Source: Acidobacteriota bacterium (GTDB lineage Bacteria; Acidobacteriota; Thermoanaerobaculia; Multivoradales; UBA5704). From it: 64,000 nt of DNA. The notes under the pieces were generated by a model. That model did no database searches, was not told where the DNA came from, and was given only the letters and a program-made list of their open reading frames with translations. Positions within the stretch are counted from its first letter, which is position 1. Every line of letters begins with the position of its first letter. Positions 1-10,211 of this stretch are shown here, in pieces. The stretch is taken from NCBI GenBank assembly GCA_040005235.1, contig JBDTZG010000003.1, positions 168,093-232,092 on the forward strand, in the 5' to 3' direction. The position numbers and the translations under genes are program-made.

Positions 1-438
1 GCCGATCCGGAAGGCTACACCGTGATCCGTAACCTCGTCGGCTTCTTGAGGAACGGCGGTCGTCGGTTCAAGAAGACCCTCTATTTCGGCAACTTCGACC
101 GTCTCGACGCCCTCGGAGGGCCGAAGATGATCGTCGATGTCGGCACCCCCTACATCGAAACCACGATCAAACGCCTGCTCGACCTCTCGGGTCCGACCAA
201 GAACCTGCACTTCCACATCGAGCTGAACGCGGACCAGAAGCTCATGGTCTACCAGATCTTCAACGCCAACAACTCCGCCATCTTCAATATGTCGTCCTCG
301 CTTTACAACGACGACCTGAACGCGGTGGGAGCCGACGTACCAACGCTCGAATTCGGCCTGCCCGGGGTGGCGGATGACGCCTACTACCCGCCGTACGGCT
401 GGCGCTTTCTTAACCTGAAGGTGGTCGGCCGGAAATAA
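1..438 (+). CDS. Hypothetical protein, 5'-partial
   Basis: The frame is open from position 1 to TAA at 436-438, with GC3-rich codon usage. No recognisable motif. Confidence 0.6.
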   Translation, partial: ADPEGYTVIRNLVGFLRNGGRRFKKTLYFGNFDRLDALGGPKMIVDVGTPYIETTIKRLLDLSGPTKNLHFHIELNADQKLMVYQIFNANNSAIFNMSSSLYNDDLNAVGADVPTLEFGLPGVADDAYYPPYGWRFLNLKVVGRK

Positions 439-462
439 ACTTCGGCCTGGCAGCCGGGAGAT

Positions 463-504
463 CGAGGGGCGGAAGATCTCGGGGAACCGAGACTCCGCCC
501 CTCG
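463..504. terminator. GC-rich hairpin after the first CDS (possible terminator)
   Basis: Inverted repeat CGAGGGGCGGA...TCCGCCCCTCG with inner TCTCGG/CCGAGA. No strong U-tract. Confidence 0.45.
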
Positions 505-598
505 GCGCATCCGATCGGTCCCGGCGCGATGCGGTTCTCCCCCAAAAGCCTTCTTTCCCCGGTTTTCCAAGCTAAGCTTCCACCCTGGAAGCATCGCC

Positions 599-1663
599 GT
601 GCGAAAGATCGCCCTTATTCTCGCCTCTTTCTTGCTCGCGTTGGTCGCGGCCGAAGGTGTGATCCGCCTGCTCGGCGCCGCGCCGGAGGTCGGCTGGGTC
701 CGAATCGGTCGATTCCAACTGTCGAAAGATCCCCTGATCGGCTTCGAGCCGATACCCTCCCTCCTCACCACCGAATTCACCAACGACCTGGTCGATTACA
801 CCGGCGCGGCCAACCGCCTGGGTTTCCGCGACCGCGAACACCCGGTGGAGAAGCCGCCCGGCGTGTTCAGAATCCTGGTGCTTGGCGACAGCGTGGGCGT
901 GGGCCTCAAGGTCGAGCGGTACGAACAGACGTTTCCCGCATTGCTCGAACAGAACCTCCGTCAAAACGGCTGGAACGCCGAGGTGATCAACCTATCGGTC
1001 ACCGGTTACAACACCCAGCAGGAAGTCGAGTCTTTCGTCGAAAAAGGGCTGAGATTTTCGCCCGACCTGGTGCTCGTCGCCTACACCCTGAGCGACCGCG
1101 AGCGGCTCGACGGCAATATTATGGAGACGCTGCTTTCGGCGGCGCGCATCGGTCCGGCCCGGACGATGCGGAAGGCGAACCCCTATCTGATTCACAGCGC
1201 GCTCTACCGCTTCCTGTTGTACCGGGTCTTCCGCCCCAAGGCGACTCACACGAACGAGGCGGAATCGAAAGAGTCGGAGCGGGCGCTAGCAGCGATCTCG
1301 GGCGACACCGTGGCGCCTTCGCTCGCGCGGTTGGGGAAGCTCGCCCAAGAGCACCGGTTCCGCGTTCTGGTCGCCGTTTTTCCCTATTTCGTCCACCTGA
1401 CCGACGGCTACAAATACCGAGCCGAACACGCCTCCGCCGCTCGCGAAGCCACCCGCAACGGCTTCGAGGTACTGGACCTGCTGGCTCCGCTGCAGAGATG
1501 CCAGCGCGCCGCCGGCCAGGCGATCCACGTCGACAGCTTCCACCCCAATGAGATCGGTCACCGCTGCGCCGCGGAAGCGATGGGGAATGCGATTCTTTTC
1601 GGCGCCCCGCCCAACCAATGGGCCCGCCACCGCAGGAAACCGCGGCATACCCAGCGGTCGTAG
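599..1663 (+). CDS. SGNH/GDSL hydrolase family protein with N-terminal anchor
   Basis: RILVLGDS block I, INLSVTGYNT block II, DSFHPNEIGH (DxxH) block V, and a hydrophobic N-terminus. Confidence 0.85.
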   Translation: MRKIALILASFLLALVAAEGVIRLLGAAPEVGWVRIGRFQLSKDPLIGFEPIPSLLTTEFTNDLVDYTGAANRLGFRDREHPVEKPPGVFRILVLGDSVGVGLKVERYEQTFPALLEQNLRQNGWNAEVINLSVTGYNTQQEVESFVEKGLRFSPDLVLVAYTLSDRERLDGNIMETLLSAARIGPARTMRKANPYLIHSALYRFLLYRVFRPKATHTNEAESKESERALAAISGDTVAPSLARLGKLAQEHRFRVLVAVFPYFVHLTDGYKYRAEHASAAREATRNGFEVLDLLAPLQRCQRAAGQAIHVDSFHPNEIGHRCAAEAMGNAILFGAPPNQWARHRRKPRHTQRS

Positions 1664-1784
1664 CCGTGGGGTCCGGGCTCGAAGCGCCTCGAAGATCTTC
1701 GCCCTCCTTAGGTCCCTATGGACCGCGCCGTGCCCGACACGCAGATCGAACTGCCGGGCGCGGGCGGAATTTCCGCACGGATTA

Positions 1785-2075
1785 CTAGTACCCCTGAAGA
1801 CTCCGAACCTCGTCGTAGCATCCCCCGCACAGCAACTTGATGCCCGCAAACGCCTCGGATCGTTCGTTCCAATCGCCCGAATGGCCGCCTTCGCGAATTC
1901 GAACTAGTTCGCATGCCGAGCACCAAGCGTCTCCCCGGGGCGAGTCGTCGAAGAAGAAACCAATCCTCTCTCGCGTCCGCAGTGCGCTTACCAGGTGTTG
2001 GCAAACAAACGTCTCCTGCTGCATCCCGTGTTCGGCACATTCGACCAGTTCGCCCATAGGCTCCTTGACAGGCAT
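1785..2075 (-). CDS. Small Cys/His-rich hypothetical protein (putative Zn-binding)
   Basis: Motifs CAEH, CQH, WCSAC and LCGGC in 96 aa. Lies just downstream of tRNA-Thr. Confidence 0.6.
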   Translation of the reverse strand: MPVKEPMGELVECAEHGMQQETFVCQHLVSALRTRERIGFFFDDSPRGDAWCSACELVRIREGGHSGDWNERSEAFAGIKLLCGGCYDEVRSLQGY

Positions 2076-2113
2076 TGGCCAGACAGATTCTCAAGCGGAT
2101 TGGGGGCCTACGT

Positions 2114-2188
2114 TGGAGCCGACGGCCGGGATTGAACCGGCGACCTGCTGATTACGAATCAGCTGCTCTACCGCTGAGCTACGTCGGC
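2114..2188 (-). tRNA. tRNA-Thr(CGT)
   Basis: Reverse complement GCCGACGTAGCTCAG...CTGATTCGTAATCAG...GGTTCAATCCC...TCGGCTCCA folds as a cloverleaf with anticodon CGT and a CCA end. Confidence 0.97.
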
Positions 2189-2228
2189 AATTTGAAGCAG
2201 GAGCGCTTGGGACCGCGAGCGCTGGCGG

Positions 2229-2257
2229 ATTGTAGGGGATCGCCCCGGCGGGCGCAA
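2229..2257 (-). promoter_or_regulatory. Sigma70-like promoter of tRNA-Thr
   Basis: TTGCGC-N17-TACAAT on the minus strand, upstream of the tRNA. Confidence 0.6.
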
Positions 2258-2462
2258 CACGCACCCCGGGGGTGCACAGGCCCCTGCCAAAGTCGCGCCG
2301 CAACCGACTCTCTCGGGCAGCCCCGTCCGATCGCAGGCTACTTCCGAATCTGCACCCCTACCCCCTCCTGAAAGACCTTGTCAAAGCCAGACGGGATCCT
2401 CTCTTGGCCGCCACTCCAACCGTGTTAGCGTCTCGCGCGATGATCCCCGGGACTCAGTCTTA

Positions 2463-3272
2463 ATGCCCTTCCGCCGTGCCCTGCTTCTTGCCTTCCTGCT
2501 GATCGCCCTTGGGCTCGTGTTCGTAGGTCCCGTCTCTTCTTGGGCGGGCAGCCCGGATGCGTATCGCCGCCTGACGCTCTGGGGAAGCCCGTTCGGGGTT
2601 CTAATGCTCTCGACTCTCCTGGTCCCTCGCGGCGGTCCGGGAGGTTCGTTGCACGGTGCTGCCGGCGGCCGGACCGGCAGGGTCGTCGTCGCTGGGTTCG
2701 CCGCGCTGCTGGCCGACCTGCTCTATCTCGGTTACGCCCAGGCATCCCATGCGGCCACCTTTACCTATGGCGCGCAGAAGCTAGCGAACGGCCGGCTGGC
2801 GTGGGTCATGATTTGGGCGCTGCCGATGTGGGTCGCTCTCGGTGTGTTCGCCTGGGAGCGCGCCCTGCGGGCCGGGGTCTACTCCGGCTTGCGCGTGCAG
2901 TTGGGGCCCTTCGGCGCGGGAGCGGTCGCCGCGCTCGCCGGGACGACGCTCGCGCTGCCGGCGATTCTGCCCGGCGGCGAGGTGCGGGACGCCGGATTCG
3001 TCGCGGCCGGGTTGGTGGCAATCATTGCGCGCGAGGCGGTTTGCACGATCCTGTTCGTCCGCGGCGGTTTGCTCACCGCCGGGGTTTTCCGCGGCGTTTC
3101 GATGTTCCTCGAAGCGTTCGTGATCGCCGATTGGAACTCCCTCTACTTTCCCGGATTCCAGGTCGTTTCCAACACCCCCTCGTTCTACCTGGCGCGGGCC
3201 TCAGCGGCCCTGCTCTCCGTCGCGGCGGCGTTGCTTTTGACCCGCTACTCTTCTCGAGAGGTCTCGTCATGA
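2463..3272 (+). CDS. Multi-pass membrane protein
   Basis: 269 aa with many hydrophobic segments. Confidence 0.65.
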   Translation: MPFRRALLLAFLLIALGLVFVGPVSSWAGSPDAYRRLTLWGSPFGVLMLSTLLVPRGGPGGSLHGAAGGRTGRVVVAGFAALLADLLYLGYAQASHAATFTYGAQKLANGRLAWVMIWALPMWVALGVFAWERALRAGVYSGLRVQLGPFGAGAVAALAGTTLALPAILPGGEVRDAGFVAAGLVAIIAREAVCTILFVRGGLLTAGVFRGVSMFLEAFVIADWNSLYFPGFQVVSNTPSFYLARASAALLSVAAALLLTRYSSREVSS

Positions 3273-3302
3273 GCGAGGCGAAGAAGTAAGGCCGAAACTC
3301 GA

Positions 3303-4508
3303 CTACCCCGCGAACGGCCGATCGAGGAATTCCTTCGCCCGGTCGCGGGCGTCGCCGACGCTCTTCATGGCGAGGACCTCGCGGTAGCAGCGGAGCGCCT
3401 CGTCGCGACGGCCGAGGGCGTCGTAGGCCATGCCGCGGCGAAGGCGGCCGACCGCCTGGTAGTAGGCGTCGTAGGTGTGCTCCGAGGCGAGGAACTCAAG
3501 CCGGTCGAGATATTCGAGCGCGCCGTCGTAGCGGCGCTGCCCCATCTCGACCCGGGCGAGCCAATAGAGCGCCTCTTCGGCCACTGCTCCGCTGTAACCA
3601 GGTGCGCCCTCCACCTGGCGCTCGGCGACTTCCTGGAGGATCACCCCGGCTTCGGCCCAGCGCCCCCAGCGGGCGTACATCCGGCCCTCGGCGACGTGGA
3701 ACAGCGAGTTCGTGGGATAGGCCTGCCGCAGCTGCGCCAGCTCGGCCGAGGCGCGCGGGAGATCTCCTTCGAACTGGTCGAGGATCTGGAACAAGGCATA
3801 GCGCGCCTCGGTCTTCGAGAACCGGCTGCGTTCGGCGGCGCGGCGCAGCTCCGCCATGCCGCGCGCCTTGTCACCTTTGGGAAAGAGCCGGGCGATCGGC
3901 CTCAACCACTTGTAGCGCTCGGGCACCGCCTCCACCAGGTAGTCGAAAAGTCCGATGCCGAAGGCGAGGTCGTCGTTGTTGGGGTCGCGCTTCGCCAAGC
4001 GCCGCATGTCTTTAAGTGCCCGGCGCCCGTCGAGTCCCGCGCGCATCCAACTCCCCCGATAGGTGGCGAGGCGCGCCCGGAACGCCGAGGCTCCCGCCTC
4101 GAAGAACAGGCCGTCGACGTCGTTGTCGTTTTTGCGTAACCGGCGTTTGGCCAGATCGAGCGAGCGGTCGATATGGGTGAGGAAATCGGCGTCGAGCGAA
4201 CTGTTTTCCGGATCGATCAGCAGGCGCCACCAGGGGACCAGCGCGCGCAGCAGCGGCCCGGCCGGATGCTCGGGAAAATGCCGCTCGACCTCGGCGAACT
4301 GCGCCTCGGCGGCCGGAAAATCCATCGAGTACAGCCGGTCGAGCCCGGCGAGCACCCGCTCGCGGAAGTAGGGATCGTCGAAGATCGAAGCCGGCCGCCG
4401 CGCTGCCGGTACCGCCGCGGCGCGGGCGGGCGTAACCGCGGATCCGAAGAGGCCGAAAGCGAAGAGGAGGGCGGAAACGAATGCGGTGCGGCGAAGAGCT
4501 GTCAACAC
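3303..4508 (-). CDS. Exported tetratricopeptide-repeat protein
   Basis: Signal-peptide-like N-terminus and TPR-like helices (e.g. RRGMAYDALGRRDEALRCYREVL). Confidence 0.8.
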   Translation of the reverse strand: MLTALRRTAFVSALLFAFGLFGSAVTPARAAAVPAARRPASIFDDPYFRERVLAGLDRLYSMDFPAAEAQFAEVERHFPEHPAGPLLRALVPWWRLLIDPENSSLDADFLTHIDRSLDLAKRRLRKNDNDVDGLFFEAGASAFRARLATYRGSWMRAGLDGRRALKDMRRLAKRDPNNDDLAFGIGLFDYLVEAVPERYKWLRPIARLFPKGDKARGMAELRRAAERSRFSKTEARYALFQILDQFEGDLPRASAELAQLRQAYPTNSLFHVAEGRMYARWGRWAEAGVILQEVAERQVEGAPGYSGAVAEEALYWLARVEMGQRRYDGALEYLDRLEFLASEHTYDAYYQAVGRLRRGMAYDALGRRDEALRCYREVLAMKSVGDARDRAKEFLDRPFAG

Positions 4509-4550
4509 GGGGAAAGCTTACTCTCGTTTGAAGAAAACGGAACTCGGGCG

Positions 4551-5261
4551 CTAGGGTTTGCGCGCCGGGACGGCTCGCAGGACGATCGTCACCTCGCTGC
4601 CGTCCGGCGGCAGCACGCCGTCGCGCACCCGGAAGGTCGTGGTCTTGTTCGTGTAGTCGCGCACCGTGTAGGCGCGATTGCCGATTTTGCTGCCGGGGCA
4701 GGAATAGAGGCAGATCAGGCATCCCGAGTGCGACAGGTGGATGTTGCCTTCGTGGCCGCCGAACCGCATGTCGAATCCGCGCCGGGCCGGGTCGGTGAGG
4801 ACGTCGCCCAACCCGAGCAGTTTCTTGCCGCCCGGCAGGCGAACCAGCACCTCGATCCCCGGCCCTTCGATCAACTTGTCGCTCGCAGGCGATTGTGCGT
4901 CGTTGCGATCGTTCCAGGTCTCCATGCCAAGGGCGTTGCCGGGTTTCAATCCCAGCCGTTCGAGCGCGGCGAGAATCGCCCCGTCCGAGACCCGAGAAAG
5001 AAACAGCGCCGCCCCGGCAGCCCCCCCTTCTTTCCAGACCAGAAGGTGATACCCCGGCATGCCGAAGCCGAGCAGCTCGCGCTCGAACTTGGCGCGGTTG
5101 ACCACCGCGGGAAGCTCGATGCGATCGCGATAGGCCCGGATCAAGCTGCCGCCATCGTCCGATCCGCCCGAAGAGGCCCGGCAAGCGCCGGCCGCCACCA
5201 GGCTTTGAAGCGCGAGGACGAGGACCGCGAAGCGGCGCGTGAGCCTGGACATAGGCATCAC
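4551..5261 (-). CDS. YdjY-like exported protein
   Basis: Signal peptide/lipobox-like segment, ALERLGLKPGN, and GCLICLYSCP Cys cluster. Confidence 0.6.
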   Translation of the reverse strand: MMPMSRLTRRFAVLVLALQSLVAAGACRASSGGSDDGGSLIRAYRDRIELPAVVNRAKFERELLGFGMPGYHLLVWKEGGAAGAALFLSRVSDGAILAALERLGLKPGNALGMETWNDRNDAQSPASDKLIEGPGIEVLVRLPGGKKLLGLGDVLTDPARRGFDMRFGGHEGNIHLSHSGCLICLYSCPGSKIGNRAYTVRDYTNKTTTFRVRDGVLPPDGSEVTIVLRAVPARKP

Positions 5262-6583
5262 GAGCCTTCCGTGGCCGGAGCGGCGGCTCGGTTGCGGACC
5301 TCTTCCGGGGAGCCCACGGCCGCCCGGGCGAGCAGCGACCAGCGCTCGCGCCGGGGCTGGAACGGGAAAAGGCGCTGGGCGAAGCAGAAGAAATCAAACA
5401 GCCTCAGGCGCCAACGGATCGAGAAGGCGGGCCGCGGAAAGACTTCGCCCGCGAGCAGCGAGATGAACGCGCGGTGGATTTGGAGCGGTCCTACGCCGGA
5501 CATGAACAGATCGCGGAACGCCGGATCGTAGAACCGGTCGACAATGCGGAAGAACGCCGAGGAGCTCCCCTCGATGTAGCGAATGTAGCGCCGCCGCGCG
5601 GGATGGGCCTTCCCGCCGGCGATCAGCCCTGCCACCTCTTCGGCGGCGCGCACGGCGCTCATCATCGCCAGGCAGACACCGGTTGAGAAGATCGGATCGA
5701 CGAACGTGGCGGCATCGCCCACCAGAAAATAGCCCGGCCCGGCGTAGGGGGTGCAGCGGTAGGAGAAATCGGCGATCACGCCATTGTTGCCCGAGAATTC
5801 GGCGTTCTGGGTCAAACCGGCGACCAGCGGCGAGCGCTCGATTCCCCAGGCGAGCATGCGGTCGGCCGGCACGTTCGCCTGTCGGGCGCGGTAGTCGTCG
5901 AGCACCAGACCGATCGAGGTCCGCTCCTCGTCGAGCGGGATCACCCAGAACCACCCCTCCTCGCACATGACGATGCGGATGTAGCCGCCTTCCACCCCGG
6001 GCGCGCGCTCGACACCCTTGAAGTGGCCGAAGTAGGCCACCTTCTTCAAGTGCGGCAGAACCCGCCGGAGACCCAGGTGCTTGCCCACCACGGTCGATTG
6101 GCCGGAGGCGTCGATCAGCCAACGGCCCGAGATCGTGCGGCCGTCCGACAGCTCGACCGCCACGTCACCGTCGGCGAGGCGCGGAAAGCCGCGCACGGCG
6201 CACCCTTCGACCACCTCGGCGCCGGCTTCGCGCGCGGCGTCGAGCAGCATCGCGTCGAACGGCCCGCGTTCGAGGTTCATGGCGCGATCCGAACCGGGAA
6301 CCAGGCCGTCGGAGAAGCGGATCGAGCCTCCGTCGCGGCCATGGCCGGTGATGAAATCGGCGCCGAGCTTCGGGATCTGCGGCAGCTTCGCCGCCCGTTC
6401 GGCAAGACCCAGATCTTGGATCAGCTGGAAATTGCGCGGCAGGAGCGATTCGCCGATGTGGAAATGGGGAAACGTCGCGCGGTCGATAACCAGCGCCCGA
6501 AGACCTTTGCGCGCCAGCGTAAGGGCTGCGGTCGACCCACCCGGGCCGGCACCGAGGATCAGGGCGTCGTAGGTTTCGTTCAT
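5258..6583 (-). CDS. FAD-dependent oxidoreductase, halogenase/geranylgeranyl reductase-like
   Basis: GAGPGG dinucleotide fold, FHIGESLL, WFWVIP (WxWxIP), GDAATFVDPIFSTG. Confidence 0.85.
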   Translation of the reverse strand: MNETYDALILGAGPGGSTAALTLARKGLRALVIDRATFPHFHIGESLLPRNFQLIQDLGLAERAAKLPQIPKLGADFITGHGRDGGSIRFSDGLVPGSDRAMNLERGPFDAMLLDAAREAGAEVVEGCAVRGFPRLADGDVAVELSDGRTISGRWLIDASGQSTVVGKHLGLRRVLPHLKKVAYFGHFKGVERAPGVEGGYIRIVMCEEGWFWVIPLDEERTSIGLVLDDYRARQANVPADRMLAWGIERSPLVAGLTQNAEFSGNNGVIADFSYRCTPYAGPGYFLVGDAATFVDPIFSTGVCLAMMSAVRAAEEVAGLIAGGKAHPARRRYIRYIEGSSSAFFRIVDRFYDPAFRDLFMSGVGPLQIHRAFISLLAGEVFPRPAFSIRWRLRLFDFFCFAQRLFPFQPRRERWSLLARAAVGSPEEVRNRAAAPATEGS

Positions 6584-6658
6584 CTCGGACCAAGTCGTTC
6601 CCCGCGCTCCGCGCCGCTGGAGTCGACCCGGGGCGCGAGATGCAGGGAGGGTGAGGGC

Positions 6659-7357
6659 CTAGGCGCGGCGGCTGCCGCCGCCCAAGACACCGGCGCGGAA
6701 CAGGTAGTAGACGACAGTCATCAGCGACGAGACGACCGCCGCGACGTAGGTCATGGCGGCGGCGTTCAGCACCCGATCCATCCCCTCGCGCTCCTGGGGC
6801 AGAATCAGGCCGTTGTCCACCGCGAGCTTCTTGGCGCGGGCCGAGGCGTCGAATTCGACCGGCAGGGTGACGATCTGAAACACCAGCACCGCCGAGAAGA
6901 TCAGAGCGCCGAGCACGACGATTTTCGGCGAGTGGAAGATCAAGCCACCGAGCATGACGAAGTAGCCGATTTTGGAACCGATGCCCGCGGTCGGCACCAG
7001 GGCCGAGCGCAACCCGAGCGGTCCGTAATGGGTCGCATGTTGGATCGCATGCCCCGCCTCGTGGCAGGCGACGCCGACCGCGGCGATCGACCGCTGGGCG
7101 TAGACCGGCTCCGACAGAGCGAGCGTCTTGGTCGACGGGTCGTAATGGTCAGAAAGCGAACCAGGGTGCGCGACGATGCTTACGTCCGAGATACCCCCGG
7201 CCCGCAGCATCTCTGCGGCCGCTTGAGCCCCGGTCAATCCCCGCAGGCTCGGCACCTGGGAGTACTTTTTAAACGCCGACCGCGTGCGCCAGCTCGCCCA
7301 GAGCGAGAACAGGAGCGCGGGACCGACGAAGACGAAATAGATGGGGTCGAAGTACAT
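6659..7357 (-). CDS. Neutral zinc metallopeptidase (YugP-like membrane protein)
   Basis: LSDHYDP, HEAGHAIQH (HExxH), TLPVEFDASARA, AAAMTYVA. Confidence 0.9.
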   Translation of the reverse strand: MYFDPIYFVFVGPALLFSLWASWRTRSAFKKYSQVPSLRGLTGAQAAAEMLRAGGISDVSIVAHPGSLSDHYDPSTKTLALSEPVYAQRSIAAVGVACHEAGHAIQHATHYGPLGLRSALVPTAGIGSKIGYFVMLGGLIFHSPKIVVLGALIFSAVLVFQIVTLPVEFDASARAKKLAVDNGLILPQEREGMDRVLNAAAMTYVAAVVSSLMTVVYYLFRAGVLGGGSRRA

Positions 7358-7510
7358 GGACTTCCTCCTTCGCCGAAGTGTAACAGTTGGCGGGCGACGG
7401 GCATTTCAGGAGGGGAGGGAGGGGCGCGGGTGGCCGTTCGGAGGTTGCCGGAACTACGGCCAGCATGCGCTCCGAAGGCCGAGCTGGTGCTCGGCGGTCC
7501 CGGGAAAAAG

Positions 7511-7927
7511 CTACTCCTCCACGATCTCCCGGCCCCCCTCGCCCGACCTTCGAAGCGAGAAGCGCACGGCTCCGGGGACTTCGAAGGGGAGGCGCTCGGC
7601 CCATTCGATGAGTTTTAGGCCGGGGCCGGCTAAGAGCTCTTCTAAACCGATGGCTTCTGCCTCTTCGGGCTTCAAGCGGTAGAGGTCGGCGTGGATCAGG
7701 CGGCCTTTCGGGCCTTGGTGCTCGCGGATGAGGGTGAAGGTGGGCGATTGGATTTCGTTCGGATCGATGCCGAGGTGGAGGGCGACACCTCTTGCAAGGA
7801 CGGTCTTGCCGGCTCCGAGGTCGCCGTCCAAGAGGAGGGCGGCGTCCGGGGGGAGCGATTCGGCAATCTGGCGGCCGATCGCGACGGTCTCGTCTTCGTT
7901 TGCAGAGAGGAAGCGCCGGGCGGCCAT
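7511..7927 (-). CDS. tsaE: tRNA threonylcarbamoyladenosine biosynthesis ATPase TsaE
   Basis: GDLGAGKT P-loop, SPTFTL, HADLYRL, IEWAE. Start placed at MAARRF. Confidence 0.93.
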   Translation of the reverse strand: MAARRFLSANEDETVAIGRQIAESLPPDAALLLDGDLGAGKTVLARGVALHLGIDPNEIQSPTFTLIREHQGPKGRLIHADLYRLKPEEAEAIGLEELLAGPGLKLIEWAERLPFEVPGAVRFSLRRSGEGGREIVEE

Positions 7928-7932
7928 CGGGT

Positions 7933-9492
7933 TCACTCCTCGGCGAGGCGGCGAGCGGCGGCGGGGAGATGGTCGATTAGGTCGGAGGCGGCGAGCTTCG
8001 CCAGCCCGGGATCTTCGGTCCCCTGCGACTCGACGGCAAGGTCGCCTGCGAGGCCGTGGAGGTAGACGCCGAGGCGGGCGGCGTCGAGCGGTTCGAGGCC
8101 TTGGGCGAGAAGGGCGGCGAGCAGACCGGTGAGGACGTCGCCCGCTCCGCCCGTCGCCATGCCGGAATTGCCGGTCGGGTTGATCCAAACGCCCGCTTCG
8201 CTCGCGATCAGCGTCCGGTGCCCTTTGAGGACGACCACGGCGCCGGTTTCGGTCGCGGCGCGGCGGGCGGCGGCCAGGCGATCGGCTTGCACTTCCGGGG
8301 TGGATAGGCCGAGCAGGCGGCCCAGCTCTCCGGGGTGGGGGGTGAGGATCGCCGGGGCGCGGCGGGCGACGAGGTCGGAGGCGGCACCCGCGAAGGCGTT
8401 CAGCCCGTCGGCGTCGAGTACAAACGGTATTTCGGTTTCGAGCGCGATCCGGCGGATTTCGGCCTGCGCTACGGCACTTTGGCCGAGCCCCGGGCCGATC
8501 GCGAGGGCGGTCTTGCCCCGGGAGGCGGCGAGCGCCGCGTCGGCGGCTCCCGCTCCCAGCTCCCCCTCCGGTCCGGCCGGCAGCGCATGCGTCATCGATT
8601 CGAGCGAGCCGAGGTCGACCGTCGGGAGGATCGGCTCCGGCACGGCGACGGTGACCAGGCCGGCTCCGCCACGCACGGCGGCTTTGGCGGCGAGGATCGC
8701 CGCCCCCGATTTGCCGGGCGACCCCGCGACCAGCAGCGCGTGGCCGGCGCTTCCTTTATGCGCCTCCGCCGCGCGGCGCGGCAGGAGCGGGGCGAGATCT
8801 TCTGGGGTCATCAGGAAGAGATCGCCGTCGGCCTCGTCGATCAGCCAGGGGGGAAATCCCAGCTCGGCGATCGCGAGCGCGCCGCAGGCTTCGGCGGCAG
8901 GCGACAGCACGTGCGGGATCTTTGGCGCTGCGAACGTGACCGTGAGGTCGGCCACAATGTGGGGCCCGAAGAGGTCGGCGCGGCTTCCCGAAAGACCGCT
9001 CGGCACGTCGACCGCGACGATCGGCAGCCCCAGGTCGCCGAGCGCTTCGACCAGCCGGGCGGGGAACCCTTCAAGCGGCCGGTCGAGACCGATGCCGAAG
9101 AGTGCGTCGACCGCCAGGTCATACCCCTTCGCCCGCGCCAATACCTCAGCGGGATCGGAATCGGCGGCCAAGTCCTCGATCGGCAGCCCAAGTTGCCGGC
9201 AGATCGAAAGCTGCATCGCGGCGTCGCCGACAAACTCGCGCCCGCCGAGCACCAGGAAGATCAGCACCTGAACACCGCGCGCGTCGAGCCGGCGGGCGAT
9301 CGCGAGGCCGTCTCCCCCATTGTTGCCCGGTCCGCAGAAGATTGCCGCGGAGGAGGCGTCCCGATAGCGCTCGAAGATCGCTTCGACCACCCCGAGCGCG
9401 GCGTTTTCCATCAATACCAGGCCGGGAATGCCGATCTCGCGGATCGCTCTTTGATCGAGCGCGCGCATCGCCTCGGCGGTCAAAACTTTCAT
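7933..9492 (-). CDS. nnr: Bifunctional NAD(P)H-hydrate epimerase/dehydratase
   Basis: LMENAA, CGPGNNGGDG, DVPSG, AHKG, TPHPGEL, MATGGAGDVL. Confidence 0.93.
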   Translation of the reverse strand: MKVLTAEAMRALDQRAIREIGIPGLVLMENAALGVVEAIFERYRDASSAAIFCGPGNNGGDGLAIARRLDARGVQVLIFLVLGGREFVGDAAMQLSICRQLGLPIEDLAADSDPAEVLARAKGYDLAVDALFGIGLDRPLEGFPARLVEALGDLGLPIVAVDVPSGLSGSRADLFGPHIVADLTVTFAAPKIPHVLSPAAEACGALAIAELGFPPWLIDEADGDLFLMTPEDLAPLLPRRAAEAHKGSAGHALLVAGSPGKSGAAILAAKAAVRGGAGLVTVAVPEPILPTVDLGSLESMTHALPAGPEGELGAGAADAALAASRGKTALAIGPGLGQSAVAQAEIRRIALETEIPFVLDADGLNAFAGAASDLVARRAPAILTPHPGELGRLLGLSTPEVQADRLAAARRAATETGAVVVLKGHRTLIASEAGVWINPTGNSGMATGGAGDVLTGLLAALLAQGLEPLDAARLGVYLHGLAGDLAVESQGTEDPGLAKLAASDLIDHLPAAARRLAEE

Positions 9493-10211
9493 CGGGCCAC
9501 CTCCGAGGGAATCGGCGGCACCCTTCCCCACGATTCGAGCAACGCGCGCGTCCGGGGACATCCGAGGTCGGCGCCCTCAAGGCTCCGGGCGAGGCGGGCG
9601 AGATCGGCGGGGGTGTCGCAGTCGGAGCCGGTAGGAAGCAGCTCGACCCGCAGGCCCAGCTCCGTTGCCCGGGCGAGCGTCGCGGCGAGCACCCGCTCGG
9701 TGCTCCATTCGATCTCGGCGAACAACCGGGGGGAGAGCGCGCGGCGGGCGACCGCGATCAGGTAATAGCCACCGTCGTCGGCCGGGCCGAGCACGACGTC
9801 CGCTCCCGCTTCGACGCGCGCGAACGCCTCTTCTACCGCCGACACGGGGAGCGTCGGATGGTCCGAGCCGAGCGCGGCGACGATTCGATCCGGCCCGCCC
9901 GCCGTTGCCAGGGCGCCGTACAGGCGGGTTCCCAGATCGGCGCCCTGTTGGCGAACGCCGGGAAAGCCGTAAAGATCAGGAATCGACTCCCCTTCGGGCA
10001 GGTCGTCGAGCGCCCAGGCGATGGTGGTCGTAAATGCTCCACCGCGCAGGCGGTCGAGCAGATCCTCGACGAACGCGGCGTGGATCTCAGCCGCCTGTTC
10101 TTTCGAGAGCCCTTCGGGCGGAGCGCCGATCAGCCGGGTCTTTACCCGGCCTGCCCGCGCGGGTTTGGTGAACAGGAGCAGGCGGCGTTCGGATAGGCTC
10201 ACGAAAGCCAT
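9489..10211 (-). CDS. DUF2064/TIGR04282-like glycosyltransferase-fold protein
   Basis: GRVKTRL, QQGADLGTRL, GSDHPTL, VVLGPADDGGYYLI, DCDTPADL. Confidence 0.85.
   Translation of the reverse strand: MAFVSLSERRLLLFTKPARAGRVKTRLIGAPPEGLSKEQAAEIHAAFVEDLLDRLRGGAFTTTIAWALDDLPEGESIPDLYGFPGVRQQGADLGTRLYGALATAGGPDRIVAALGSDHPTLPVSAVEEAFARVEAGADVVLGPADDGGYYLIAVARRALSPRLFAEIEWSTERVLAATLARATELGLRVELLPTGSDCDTPADLARLARSLEGADLGCPRTRALLESWGRVPPIPSEVAR

Noticed and set aside
1785-2188. Integrated element at the tRNA-Thr 3' end
   Set aside because: No integrase and no duplicated tRNA 3' end (att site) seen in the window.
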